Shown: positions 8,544 through 18,866 of the stretch, piece by piece
How positions within the stretch are numbered: the stretch's first letter is position 1
How the letters are laid out: every line of letters starts with the position of its first letter
NCBI GenBank assembly: GCA_963677925.2
Contig: CAXXYH010000004.1
Span: 704,001 to 768,000 of the forward strand
Direction: 5' to 3'
Origin: Spirochaetia bacterium
GTDB lineage: Bacteria; Spirochaetota; Spirochaetia; UBA9216
Length of the DNA: 64,000 nt
The notes under the pieces: generated by a model
What the model saw: the letters and a program-made list of their open reading frames with translations, nothing else
Databases searched by the model: none
Told to the model about the DNA's origin: nothing
Made by a program: the position numbers and the translations under genes

Positions 8544-10802
8544 ATGATCAGAAAACGCATCATTGTCTTTCCTGCAGCAGCCCTTCTCCTGTTTCTAACC
8601 GGATGGCTGCTGCTCAAGTTTACTCCATATCCGCAGTGGGATTCGTTTTCCCAAAGACCCTACAGTCCGGTGCTGACTGATGTTCAGGGCACTGAGCTGC
8701 GGGTTCTTCCTCTTGATAATGGTCTTCGAAGGATCTACAAACCTCTTGAAGATTATCCTGATTACCTTGTCGATATTTTTATTGCTGCTGAGGATCACCG
8801 TTTTTACCATCATCCCGGAGTAGATGTTATGGCGATAATGCGTGCAGCGAAACAGAATGCTGATGCCGGACGTATTGTCTCCGGGGCTTCAACAATTTCA
8901 ATGCAGCTTGCCGGAATGGCTGTGGCTGAAGCAGGAGCTGGAGATGTAAATCTGCATAGTAAACTTTCTGAAGCCTACGGTGCTCTTAGGCTTGAGGCTC
9001 GATATTCAAAGAAGGAGCTGCTTGAGATATGGCTTGCATCGCTTCCATTCGGACACAATGTCGAAGGTGCAGCTGCTGCGGCAAGACATTACTTTGGTAC
9101 GGAAGTTAAAAATCTTTCACCAGAGCAGGCGCTTCTGCTTGCTGTAATTCCCCGCCGGCCGGAACTTTATGCCCCCTCCGCCCATCCGGATAAAGCCGTT
9201 GAGGCTGCATTGGCACTTAGTCTGCAGCTGACCTTCGAAATATCTGAAGATTGCCTTCGGGATGCTGCTGCCGGGGCTTCTGATGCCGAGGCTTACTGGC
9301 CGAATGAGGCCCCCCATTTTGTTAACTGGGTACAGTCGCAATTAACCCCGGATTTTTATACAACGGGGATGCCGGTACGGACAACTCTGGATCTTGAAGC
9401 CCAGCATATTCTTCAGTCGGCGCTCAACGCCAGGGTAGAAACTGCAGGACATTACCGGATAAGCAACGGTGCCGGACTGGTAATCGATGCCCAAACCGGA
9501 GGAGTCCTTGCCTGGGCGGGATCTACTGATTTTTATAACGACAGTATATCGGGCCAGATTGACGGGGTCCGGATTCTCAGACAGCCGGGGTCAACGCTTA
9601 AACCCTTCCTCTATTCGCTTGCTCTGGAATCAGGGTTCACGGCGGCTTCAATACTGCCTGATATCCCTATGACCTTCGGTAATGAAGAGGTTTATATTCC
9701 CCAGAACTATAACCAGAGGTTCAACGGCCCTGTAAGGCTGCGGACAGCCCTTTCTTCATCATTGAATATTCCGGCGGTCTATCTCGCAGAAAAACTTGGT
9801 GTCAGCGTGTTTGCAGATCTTCTGATTAGCCTCGGCTTTGAATCACTGAAGTCTCAGCGGAACAGCCTGGGTGTGGGGATAGCCCTTGGAAATGCAGAGG
9901 TTTCTCTTTTTGAACTTGTGCAGGCGTACTCGGTCTTTCCCGGAAACGGAATTCCGGCAGCAGTTCACTGGCAGGCTGAATACCAGGAGTCAGTTTCTGG
10001 GTCGGTTCAAACCGAGGTTGTCTGCGGGGACAGGGTTTTCAGCACTGATACTATGTTTTTAATACGTGATATTCTATCGGACAATGTTTCCCGTATTCTT
10101 GCCTTCGGCCGCCGCAGAATGGGAACTGAGGGTTTTGATGCAATGCTTAAAACCGGAACCTCCAATCAGTTCAATAACATCTGGGCTGTGGGTGCAACAC
10201 CTTCGGTTGTCTGCGGGATATGGATGGGTAATTTCTCCGGCGAGACGGTCATAGGCAGCCCGGGCAGCGGACTGCCCGCTGAGGCTGTCACCTCAGTGCT
10301 GAACAGTCTCCAGAAGGGTGAAAAGTTTCCGCAGCCTGCCGGTCTTCACCAGGTTGCAGTTTGTCCTATCTCTGGCGGCGCAGTAACGGATGCCTGCCCG
10401 TCCTCTATGTCAGAATGGTTCCGTATTGCTGAAGAGCCTGAACCCTGCAGTTTTCACCGTAAAGAGGGCGGCATGAGCAGCATAGTTTATCCGCCGGAGT
10501 ACAGCAGCTGGGCTCAGATGTACGGGATTGATTTTAAGACAGAAGCCAGTGGCACAGGGCTTTCCATTACAGCTCCGGCGGACGGTTCGGTCTTCTTTTA
10601 CGACAGCTCCCTTCCGGCCGGCGGGCAGGCCGTGCCGGTTGAAGTTCAGGGAAGGGCTTATGCTGTTCTTTCTGTAAATGGAAAAAGAGTAAGCGAGGGA
10701 CAGCTCCCTCTCCGCTGGTTTCTGCCTGTGAAGCCGGGAACCTATATCCTCGAGGCAGAAACTGCAGACGGCAGGGATTCTGTAACGGTCAGAATACGCT
10801 GA
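8544..10802 (+). CDS. pbpC: Penicillin-binding protein 1C
   Basis: Transglycosylase motifs EDHRFYHHPGVD and GASTISMQL; transpeptidase motifs STLK, SLN, KTGTS; follows the macroglobulin gene. Confidence 0.92.
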   Translation: MIRKRIIVFPAAALLLFLTGWLLLKFTPYPQWDSFSQRPYSPVLTDVQGTELRVLPLDNGLRRIYKPLEDYPDYLVDIFIAAEDHRFYHHPGVDVMAIMRAAKQNADAGRIVSGASTISMQLAGMAVAEAGAGDVNLHSKLSEAYGALRLEARYSKKELLEIWLASLPFGHNVEGAAAAARHYFGTEVKNLSPEQALLLAVIPRRPELYAPSAHPDKAVEAALALSLQLTFEISEDCLRDAAAGASDAEAYWPNEAPHFVNWVQSQLTPDFYTTGMPVRTTLDLEAQHILQSALNARVETAGHYRISNGAGLVIDAQTGGVLAWAGSTDFYNDSISGQIDGVRILRQPGSTLKPFLYSLALESGFTAASILPDIPMTFGNEEVYIPQNYNQRFNGPVRLRTALSSSLNIPAVYLAEKLGVSVFADLLISLGFESLKSQRNSLGVGIALGNAEVSLFELVQAYSVFPGNGIPAAVHWQAEYQESVSGSVQTEVVCGDRVFSTDTMFLIRDILSDNVSRILAFGRRRMGTEGFDAMLKTGTSNQFNNIWAVGATPSVVCGIWMGNFSGETVIGSPGSGLPAEAVTSVLNSLQKGEKFPQPAGLHQVAVCPISGGAVTDACPSSMSEWFRIAEEPEPCSFHRKEGGMSSIVYPPEYSSWAQMYGIDFKTEASGTGLSITAPADGSVFFYDSSLPAGGQAVPVEVQGRAYAVLSVNGKRVSEGQLPLRWFLPVKPGTYILEAETADGRDSVTVRIR

Positions 10803-10852
10803 CAATATATGATCGCCGGCACAGCTGCTGCTGAGACTTGAATTAGCGCATT

Positions 10853-12235
10853 TCAGTATTCCTGCATCGGCTTATCTGCCTTAGTTGCAAGCAGTCTTGC
10901 TGATATCTTTTTTGCTTCATTCAGAAGCCCCCTGTAATCAGCTGTCAGAAGTTTTCCGTCTTCGACTAACATTCTGCCGCTAACAATTACACTGTGGATA
11001 TTTCTGCCGTCCAGACTGTAGAGGATGTCTGCATAAAGGTTGTTTCCAGGAAACATCGAGGGGGTCTCTGTATCAATAAGGACAAGGTCGGCCGGGGCTC
11101 CGGGCACAATCTTTCCGTAGTTCGGAAGGCCCAAAGCTCTTCCTCCGCTGAACAGCAGCGGCAGAACTTCTCCTATCCCTGCTTTCTCGGCATTTCCTGA
11201 AGAGCTTTTTCCCATGAGGGCTGCAAGCCTTGCGGCTTCAAAAAGGTTCAGAGTTGAATTGCTGGCCGCCCCGTCAGTTCCGAGTGCGACTGCAGCTCCT
11301 GTCTCAAGAGTCCTGGGCAGGAAGTTATGGGAATCACCGAAGCGAAGATAGGTTTTAGGGCAGTGGGCTGATATGCAGCTGCTTTCTGCCAGTATTTTCA
11401 AATCACTGTCGGTGGCATAATAAGAGTGAGCAAGTATGGTCGGCAGGTCGTCAAAGGATGCACTGCCGGCAGCGGACCCGGCATTTATGCACGGCCGGAG
11501 TACCCCCGTATCACGAAGAACCTCTATCGGGGTTTTTCCGTGTGCATTCATCGAAGCTCTTACCTGAGCCTCTTCCTCTGATACATGGATATGCAGCTTC
11601 ATTTTTTCATCAGCTGCAATGCTTGCAATGCGTTTCAGAAAATCATCCGGACAGAGATAGGGTGAGTGCGGTCCCATTGATATATTAATCAGCGGTGACT
11701 TGCCGCGGTATGCGGAATTGAAAGCAAGGGCTTTTTCAAGCTCGGGATCAACCTGATCTCCGAAGCCGAAAACAGCCCAGCAGAGGTCGGCCCGCATTCC
11801 AAGCTCAGCATATGCCTGCCATGCTCTGTCCATTGCAAAGTAATGATCTGCAACGGCGGTAATTCCGTTTAAAAGCATCTCGGCCCCGCCTAAAAGTGTT
11901 CCGGTGTATACGTCATCGGGTGTAAGACTCTGCTCATAGATCCATATATGCTTATTAAACCACTCTGCAGAATTGCAGTCTTCTGCGGTTCCCCGAAGCA
12001 GAGTCATTGCCGTGTGGGCATGCATATTGACCATTCCCGGAATCAGGACCATGCCCCGGCCGTCAATTATGCTTTCGTTGGTATCGGCTTCTGTATCGGA
12101 ACTGTTTGAATACGCTTCAACCGATACGATGTAACCCTTATCGATTTTGACGGTCATCCCTTCTGAAATGCTCAGATCAAAAAAATCCGGAATTCTTACA
12201 TTCCGGATTTCAGTTACTGTATTTGATTTTTTCAT
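10853..12235 (-). CDS. Amidohydrolase, MTA/SAH-deaminase (Atz/Trz)-like nucleoside deaminase
   Basis: PGMVNMHAH, GPHSPY, HIHVSE, LGTDGAASN motifs; last gene of the nucleoside operon. Confidence 0.82.
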   Translation of the reverse strand: MKKSNTVTEIRNVRIPDFFDLSISEGMTVKIDKGYIVSVEAYSNSSDTEADTNESIIDGRGMVLIPGMVNMHAHTAMTLLRGTAEDCNSAEWFNKHIWIYEQSLTPDDVYTGTLLGGAEMLLNGITAVADHYFAMDRAWQAYAELGMRADLCWAVFGFGDQVDPELEKALAFNSAYRGKSPLINISMGPHSPYLCPDDFLKRIASIAADEKMKLHIHVSEEEAQVRASMNAHGKTPIEVLRDTGVLRPCINAGSAAGSASFDDLPTILAHSYYATDSDLKILAESSCISAHCPKTYLRFGDSHNFLPRTLETGAAVALGTDGAASNSTLNLFEAARLAALMGKSSSGNAEKAGIGEVLPLLFSGGRALGLPNYGKIVPGAPADLVLIDTETPSMFPGNNLYADILYSLDGRNIHSVIVSGRMLVEDGKLLTADYRGLLNEAKKISARLLATKADKPMQEY

Positions 12236-12237
12236 AA

Positions 12238-13185
12238 TCAGCCTGCGAGTTTTTTATCGAGTTTCCTGACTGCATCCATCATGATGGACATGAACAGATC
12301 ATTGTCGACCTTCATGGCCACCTTGCAGTTAGGAGTTTTGCCTGTTACTCCGTACACGTCAGCCACGGTCTGGCCCCTTGTCAGTTCTCCCTGTGTTTCA
12401 ATATCTACAAACATGGTTTCAAGTTCAACGACCTTAGGGTTGATGAGTGTAGCCACGGTAAGTGCATCATGAATGGGAGCACCTTCAATGCCGAAATAGT
12501 TCAGGTTTGCCTGGGCAAAGAACTTCATAAGCGGTCCTACCACCGATGAAATCTTTCCGCCCCAGCTGCTGATTTCTTCTGTCTGTGCAAAACTCATCAG
12601 AGACTTGTTTGTTACATCCAGTCCGACCATGGTGACCGGCAGGCCGGAAAGGAATACTTCGCGGGCGGCTTCAGGATCAACAAAGATGTTGAATTCGGCT
12701 CCTGGTGTCATGTTGCTGTCGTATACGGCGCCGCCCATGAGGACAACTTCTTTTACATTCTTTTTAATCTCAGGCGCTTTGATAAATGCAAGGCCTATGT
12801 TGGTAAGCGGCCCGGTCGGAACCAGGGTAACCTTCTCTGCAGAGGCTTTTACGGTGTCGACTATGAAATCAACAGCATGGCAGTCAAGAAATGGTGCGTC
12901 GGGATTCGGGAGTTCCGCACCGTCCAGGCCGGAGGTTCCGTGAATCTGCGGTGCAGTGATAAGTTCTCTGATAATGGGCCGGTCTGCGCCGCGCGCAAGC
13001 GGGATGTCATGCCGATCTATCAGGGTAAGAACCCTGCGGGCATTCTCAAATGTTTTTTCGCCGGTTTGATTTCCGGCCACTGTGGTTATCCCCAGTATTT
13101 CAAGCTCCGGGCTTGCTGCGGCAAGCATTATTGCCATCATGTCATCATGCCCCGGATCGCAGTCAAGTATTATCTTTGTGCTCAT
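12238..13185 (-). CDS. Nucleoside hydrolase (IU-NH/RihA-like)
   Basis: DCDPGHDD, PTGPLTN, AEFNIFVDPEAA, IHDAL motifs. Confidence 0.93.
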   Translation of the reverse strand: MSTKIILDCDPGHDDMMAIMLAAASPELEILGITTVAGNQTGEKTFENARRVLTLIDRHDIPLARGADRPIIRELITAPQIHGTSGLDGAELPNPDAPFLDCHAVDFIVDTVKASAEKVTLVPTGPLTNIGLAFIKAPEIKKNVKEVVLMGGAVYDSNMTPGAEFNIFVDPEAAREVFLSGLPVTMVGLDVTNKSLMSFAQTEEISSWGGKISSVVGPLMKFFAQANLNYFGIEGAPIHDALTVATLINPKVVELETMFVDIETQGELTRGQTVADVYGVTGKTPNCKVAMKVDNDLFMSIMMDAVRKLDKKLAG

Positions 13186-14171
13186 CAGTTTGCTCCTTCA
13201 GGCGTTTGTCCGGTATCCGTCCCGGAGTTTTCTTTATCTTCTTCGACAGAAACATCAGCTTCCTTCTTCTTTTTGATAGCACGGCCCGAGAATACGGCAA
13301 GTGCTACGACTGTTATAAGATAAGGAATCAGCTGGATCAGCTCTGAGGGGATGTTCAGCGATGCAATATATATTGCAACAGCAGATACGAGGGCAAAAAA
13401 CAGTGAGGAAATCATTGTGCCTACAGGCATCATTCCGCCGAGTGTTGCCGCTGCAATTGCGATGAATCCTCGTCCTGCGGTCATGTCCCGGCTGAACCAT
13501 GAAACATAACCCATTGAAAGGTAGAGCCCGCCGAAGGCGGCGAACATTCCCGAAAGCATTAAAGCGTAGGTCTTTGTTCTATTGACGTTTATTCCAACAG
13601 ATTCAGCCGCATTCGGGTTCTGGCCTACAGCCCGTATCCGCAGCCCCAGCGGAGTCTTGAACATCAGAATATAGAACAGAAAGACTGAAATAAGGGCAAG
13701 ATATGTAAGGACATTGTGTCCGCTTATTATTTCACCCAGAACAGGGATTTTGTTTATCAGCGGAATTTCAATATTAGGGAATACCAGGCTTTTAAGCGAT
13801 GAGGTTGATCCCTTGTCTCCGGTAAACATATAAAGCAGGAAGATTGTGATTCCCGATGCGAACATGTTCAGCGCGACCGCGGACAGGAAGATATCAGCCT
13901 TAAGCTTCAGATGGAAATAAGCAAGAATCAGGCACAGAAGAACCCCTGCGGCAATTCCTGCCAAAAGAGCAAGCCAGAGGCTTCCGGTGAATGCTCCGAC
14001 TATTACGCCGAAAAAGGCTGCTATAAGCATGGCCCCTTCCATAGCGATGTTCTGTGAGCCGGCCATTGTACTGACAGCAATTCCGAGAGCCGGAAAAAGC
14101 AGAGGGGTCATAACACGCAGGATTGCAAAGCCGAAGTTTACCGAGAAAAAGCTTTTGAAAAGTTCATTCAT
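13185..14171 (-). CDS. Nucleoside ABC transporter permease
   Basis: Multi-TM; NIAMEG, TPLGLRIRAVGQNP, GRGFIAIAA. Confidence 0.9.
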   Translation of the reverse strand: MNELFKSFFSVNFGFAILRVMTPLLFPALGIAVSTMAGSQNIAMEGAMLIAAFFGVIVGAFTGSLWLALLAGIAAGVLLCLILAYFHLKLKADIFLSAVALNMFASGITIFLLYMFTGDKGSTSSLKSLVFPNIEIPLINKIPVLGEIISGHNVLTYLALISVFLFYILMFKTPLGLRIRAVGQNPNAAESVGINVNRTKTYALMLSGMFAAFGGLYLSMGYVSWFSRDMTAGRGFIAIAAATLGGMMPVGTMISSLFFALVSAVAIYIASLNIPSELIQLIPYLITVVALAVFSGRAIKKKKEADVSVEEDKENSGTDTGQTPEGAN

Positions 14172-15232
14172 TTTGCAGCCTCCTCGCGTTCAGCCTGGCG
14201 TCTGGTAATCCGGTACTTCCACTGTCCTAGGAAGGCCTCTGCTGTAATCAGAAGGATAATGAGCGACTGAATTACGTTTACAAGTTCAGCCGGAACATCC
14301 CCCATCAGGTTCAGCACCTGTCCCCCGACGCGGAGGTAGGCAAGAAGCAGTGATGAAAAAATTATAAGGATTGGGTGGCTTCGGCCTATGATGGCAACGA
14401 TAATTCCGTCCCAGCCGTAGCCGGGCTGGTTCTGCCAGAGAAAGCGTCCGTGTATACCCATAACCTCACTCATTCCGCCGATTCCTGAAATAAAACCGAG
14501 CAGGACCTGTGAAAGGATTATTACCTTTATGATGTTGATACCGCCGAAGCGGGCAAAGTTTTTATTGTATCCGGTCTGCCTGAACTCATAACCGCTTGTT
14601 GTGTGGTAAAGAAAGTAGTAGGCGGCCAGGGCTATAATCAGCGCAAGAATGATACCGAAGTGCATTCTCGTTCCCGGCAGAAACTGTGCAAAAAGCGCTG
14701 TTTCGGGAAGCCTCAGCGATACCAGGAATCCGGCATCCTTGTCACGGAAGTGAGAGTTGATCAGGTATAAACTGAAATAGAATGCGACATAGTTCATCAT
14801 AAGCGATGATACAAGTTCGCTGGCGTTCCATTTTGCCTTCAGGATACCCGGAATCAGACTCCATACAGCACCCGTTACACCGGCTACTATGAGAACCAGA
14901 GGTATGTGAAGAATAGCGGGCATGTTGGTTGAAACAGCAAAGGCTGTTCCGACTGCCGCTGCAATTATAAATGAACCTTCGGCACCCAGGTTGAACTGGT
15001 CGGCCTGAAATGATACCGCAATGGCGACACCGCAGAATATCATCGGCGCGGCCATTTCAAATATATTGAAAAGTCTTCCCTTTGAAGCTATCGGTCCGGT
15101 AAAGAAGTATTTCAGCGACTCTCCGGGATATTCACTTATCAGGTAGATCATCAGTATCGTTACAACCACACCGATAATCAGGGCGATCATTACGCGGATA
15201 AGCGTAAAATATTTAAGAATCCATTTTTCCAC
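14168..15232 (-). CDS. Nucleoside ABC transporter permease
   Basis: Multi-TM; FNLGAEG, SSLMMNY, GYGWDGIIVA. Confidence 0.9.
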   Translation of the reverse strand: MEKWILKYFTLIRVMIALIIGVVVTILMIYLISEYPGESLKYFFTGPIASKGRLFNIFEMAAPMIFCGVAIAVSFQADQFNLGAEGSFIIAAAVGTAFAVSTNMPAILHIPLVLIVAGVTGAVWSLIPGILKAKWNASELVSSLMMNYVAFYFSLYLINSHFRDKDAGFLVSLRLPETALFAQFLPGTRMHFGIILALIIALAAYYFLYHTTSGYEFRQTGYNKNFARFGGINIIKVIILSQVLLGFISGIGGMSEVMGIHGRFLWQNQPGYGWDGIIVAIIGRSHPILIIFSSLLLAYLRVGGQVLNLMGDVPAELVNVIQSLIILLITAEAFLGQWKYRITRRQAEREEAAK

Positions 15233-16763
15233 TTGCCGCCTCCTCTTTTTTTACTCCAAGCATATAGGGGCCAAGATCTACATCGTTTATCTTTGAAGCA
15301 TCCTTGAAATGTCCGGTAATCTGTCCGTTGTATATTGCAATTACCCTGTTTGAAAGTTTAAGAACTTCATCAAGGTCTGCAGATATCAGGAAGATTGCCT
15401 TGCCTTCATCCCTGGCTTTTTTCAGCAGGTTGTGAATAAGTTCTTCCGAGCCTATATCGACACCCCTGGTAGGCTGTGATGCAATTATTACTTCCGGGTT
15501 TGAAGTAAGTTCCCTTGCAACTACAACCTTCTGAATGTTACCGCCTGAGAGTGAGCCTACGCTTGTTTTTGAGTTCTTTGTAAGAATGTTAAACTGCTTA
15601 ATCAGGTCTTTGCTTTGCTGCGCTATGAATTTCCAGTTCAGTTTACCCTTTGAACTGTATTTATCCATGTAATATCTGTCTACTATGAGGTTTTCTTCAA
15701 CGGATGTAACTTCGGCAACCCCGTTCTCCATACGGTCTTCGGGTATATGAGCGATACCCTGTTCTCGTACCTGTCTCGGTGTTTTCTTAAGAAGCGAGAC
15801 CCCGTCAAGTGTTACCGAACCGGAATCCGGCTCAAGAAGCCCGGCTATGATTTCGGCCAGCTCAGACTGTCCGTTGCCTTCAACACCGGCAAGACCCAGA
15901 ATCTCTCCGGCACGGATATCAAAATCTATACCTTTCAGGACTTCCACATTGTCCTCGTCGGTATATCTGAGGCCTCTGACCGCAAGCTTTGTTTCTCCGA
16001 TATTTTCGGGAGCCGGGATTCTTTCGGTATTTATTTCACGCCCGACCATCAATGATGCTATTTTTTCTTCATCAAGACCTTCCATGTCTCTGGTAACAAT
16101 AGCCTTTGCATCACGCATGACAGTTATGCGGTCGGCTACACGTGTTACTTCGGAAAGCTTGTGAGTTATAAAGATTATGGTTTTTCCGGCAGCCTTGAGC
16201 CCGTCAAGGGTTTTGAATAGAACGTCCGTTTCCTGGGGGGTAAGAACTGCGGTCGGCTCATCAAGAATCAGTATCTCTGCATTCCTGGCGAGGGCTTTAA
16301 GAATTTCCACTCTCTGCCTAACGCCGATGGCCAGATCCTTTATCTTCTTTTCTGCGGGAACGGCAAGGCCGTATTTCTCTGCTGCCTCTTTGCAGACTTT
16401 GACCGCTGACTGGGAATCAAGAAAGAGTTTTCCCTTTTTCGGCTCCATGCCGAGAACAAGATTTTCCGCGACCGTTAGATCGGGAGCAAGCATAAGGTGC
16501 TGGTGCACCATTCCTATTCCGGCGGCTATAGCGTCACGCGGATTGGAGAAGCTTACTTTTTTCCCCTTGTATGTGATACTTCCGTCCTGATACGGAGTAA
16601 TGCCGAAAAGGACTTTCATAAGGGTGCTTTTACCGGCACCGTTTTCACCTACGAGGGCATGGATGCTGTTTTCCTGCACATCCATAGATACATTCCGGTT
16701 TGCTATAACCCCGTCGGGATAGACCTTGAAAATATCTTTTATCTCCAGGATGTTGTTTTTCAT
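15213..16763 (-). CDS. Nucleoside ABC transporter ATP-binding protein (two NBDs)
   Basis: GENGAGKST, GIGMVHQH, LILDEPT, LSGGNIQK. Confidence 0.93.
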   Translation of the reverse strand: MKNNILEIKDIFKVYPDGVIANRNVSMDVQENSIHALVGENGAGKSTLMKVLFGITPYQDGSITYKGKKVSFSNPRDAIAAGIGMVHQHLMLAPDLTVAENLVLGMEPKKGKLFLDSQSAVKVCKEAAEKYGLAVPAEKKIKDLAIGVRQRVEILKALARNAEILILDEPTAVLTPQETDVLFKTLDGLKAAGKTIIFITHKLSEVTRVADRITVMRDAKAIVTRDMEGLDEEKIASLMVGREINTERIPAPENIGETKLAVRGLRYTDEDNVEVLKGIDFDIRAGEILGLAGVEGNGQSELAEIIAGLLEPDSGSVTLDGVSLLKKTPRQVREQGIAHIPEDRMENGVAEVTSVEENLIVDRYYMDKYSSKGKLNWKFIAQQSKDLIKQFNILTKNSKTSVGSLSGGNIQKVVVARELTSNPEVIIASQPTRGVDIGSEELIHNLLKKARDEGKAIFLISADLDEVLKLSNRVIAIYNGQITGHFKDASKINDVDLGPYMLGVKKEEAASGKMDS

Positions 16764-16820
16764 ATTTCCTCTTTTATTAGGAAGTAAGACCCCTTAAATG
16801 ATAGTGGGGTTCGCTGATGT

Positions 16821-16854
16821 AAAAGAAACCCGGAACAGGCTACGCTGTCCCGGG
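16821..16854 (-). terminator. Hairpin/terminator downstream of the BMP gene
   Basis: Imperfect CCCGG..CAG/CTG..CCGGG stem followed by TTTCTTTT on the minus strand. Confidence 0.55.
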
Positions 16855-16871
16855 CATATGTATTAGTAAAA

Positions 16872-17948
16872 TTAGAAAGCGGATGAAACCTTGATTTCTC
16901 CGGCAAGAATTTTCTGTTCAATTTCATCAATCTTTGCCTGGAATTCTTTGGGTACTACCTTGAGGTAGTTTTCATTTTTGGCAATACCTACACCGCCTTC
17001 AGCAATACCGAGGTATTCAGCTTCGCCGTAAACAAGTGTTCCTTCCTGATGCATCTTGATTCCTCTGTAGAGAGAGTTACCGACATTTTTAAGCATTGAA
17101 GTGATGATATTTGCAGCCTTTTCAGGATCGCTTTCCGCAAAAAGAGCATACTGGTCAGAGTCTACACCGAAGGTGTATTTGCTTCTTTCTTTTGCAGCAT
17201 CGAGTCCGCCGAGTCCGGTTTCTCCTGCTACGTTAAAAGAAATGTCTGCGCCCTGGTCAAAGAATGCAAGGGTAAGCTCTTTACCCTTTGCAGGGTCATT
17301 CCATGCTCCGGCGTATGCAACTTTAACGTCGATTGCAGGGTCAATGTAGGCAGCGCCTTCCATGTATCCGATTTTGAAGTCGTTGATAACATCAATATCC
17401 ATACCGCCGAGGAATCCGATTGTCTTGTCTTTATTTGCTTTAGGCATTGATGATTCAGTAATCATTGCTCCAAGAGCTCCTACGAGGAATGATGCCTCAT
17501 TCTGCATATACATGATTGAATATACGTTGCCGAGGTTTCCGTTGCTGTAGGTTACTGTTGTGTCGTATGTAAAAAACTTTTTATCCGGATGCTGGGGAGC
17601 CAGCTTTTCAAGAATCTCCTGGGTCTGCCAGGTTCCTGCAATGATTATGTCCCAGTCACCTTCACAAAGCTGAGTAATATCCGGTTCCCATCTTGAAGCG
17701 TCGTAACCGCCCTCAATTACCTTAGCTCTGATTCCGAGATCCTTTTCAGCTCTTTTTACACCGTCTGATGCAGAGTCAAAAAAAGATTTGTCGCCGAGTG
17801 TTCCGTTAAGATACAGAACAACCTTAAGCTGTTCAGCCTTTGCTGAGCCGTCTGTTGAAGCGCCTTCCTGACTTCCGCCTGCGAATACGGTTGTGCCTGC
17901 GAATACCATCAGGATGCAGATGAGTACTGAAATGATAGTTTTTTTCAT
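16872..17948 (-). CDS. BMP-family nucleoside ABC substrate-binding protein
   Basis: GTLGDKSFFD, GFLGGMD, WNDPAKGKE, AGETGLG, GVDSDQ; GGAGG RBS before MKKTII at 17948. Confidence 0.9.
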   Translation of the reverse strand: MKKTIISVLICILMVFAGTTVFAGGSQEGASTDGSAKAEQLKVVLYLNGTLGDKSFFDSASDGVKRAEKDLGIRAKVIEGGYDASRWEPDITQLCEGDWDIIIAGTWQTQEILEKLAPQHPDKKFFTYDTTVTYSNGNLGNVYSIMYMQNEASFLVGALGAMITESSMPKANKDKTIGFLGGMDIDVINDFKIGYMEGAAYIDPAIDVKVAYAGAWNDPAKGKELTLAFFDQGADISFNVAGETGLGGLDAAKERSKYTFGVDSDQYALFAESDPEKAANIITSMLKNVGNSLYRGIKMHQEGTLVYGEAEYLGIAEGGVGIAKNENYLKVVPKEFQAKIDEIEQKILAGEIKVSSAF

Positions 17949-18121
17949 TCCATAATCCTCCAATTTAAGTATTACTTCAATTGTAGTTTGCTTCATACTT
18001 TATGTAAACCAAAAAGTTGCTTATATCTTCCTGTCGTTTTTGAATTAAAATATTTAATTGCTCATGTTTGAATCGCGGGAGATCGATTTTATTTATATAA
18101 AAGTATATTGAAGGAGAAAAA

Positions 18122-18847
18122 ATGAAATTAAAAATCAAAATTGCAGCTGTCATAGCTCTGATAGCTGCTGTCTATGGATGTGAATGGTTTAGTGCCGCAG
18201 ATACTGCTCTGGAAGAGGCTGTGCAGGGAACCTGGCTGATTTCTGTTCCGAGTGCTTTGATTTCAGTTCCCGGGGTAAAAAGAGTTTTTAACGGTGATAA
18301 TTACGAAATTTATTACTATAATACAGACAATTCCAGTTATTATCTGGTTGAATCCGGTACATTTAAATTCAGCGGCGGAGTGATGATTGAAACAGCTGAA
18401 AAATTATACAGCAGCGGAGCTCTAGTCGATGCCGGTGTTGGATACCTCGTTAAATATGAACATCCATCCTTCTATGTGAACGGGAATATTCTCGCCGAAA
18501 TCTCATATACGGGCACTTCCGATGACCTCATAGGTGTATGGACAAAAGACCTTGAAGGTCCCTACTATGCGATGGGAAGTGACGGTTTATACAGATATTC
18601 AGAATACAGGGATTATGTTCTTGAATTTGACTCGAATTCGGGACATGCGGATTACACAGGTTCTATATATAGAGAGTCTGGTGAGCTTTATGAAAAGAAC
18701 TCTTATTATAAAAATTATTATGAAGTTACGTATTCAGGAACTGAGTGGTCATATACAGATTATACAGATACCTTCCATGTAAAAAGTAAGATCATCGCTG
18801 AAGAAAATCAAAACAGGCTATTATTTTCATATTATGAAAAACAATAA
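18122..18847 (+). CDS. Hypothetical lipoprotein, Tyr-rich, lipocalin-like GxW repeats
   Basis: AAGGAG RBS; lipobox AVYGC; VQGTW and LIGVW motifs. Confidence 0.7.
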   Translation: MKLKIKIAAVIALIAAVYGCEWFSAADTALEEAVQGTWLISVPSALISVPGVKRVFNGDNYEIYYYNTDNSSYYLVESGTFKFSGGVMIETAEKLYSSGALVDAGVGYLVKYEHPSFYVNGNILAEISYTGTSDDLIGVWTKDLEGPYYAMGSDGLYRYSEYRDYVLEFDSNSGHADYTGSIYRESGELYEKNSYYKNYYEVTYSGTEWSYTDYTDTFHVKSKIIAEENQNRLLFSYYEKQ

Positions 18848-18866
18848 ATTCCCCTACGCGGCGGGC

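Noticed and set aside
17949-18121. Possible purine riboswitch upstream of the nucleoside operon
   Set aside because: AT-rich region without the conserved aptamer core or an expression-platform terminator.
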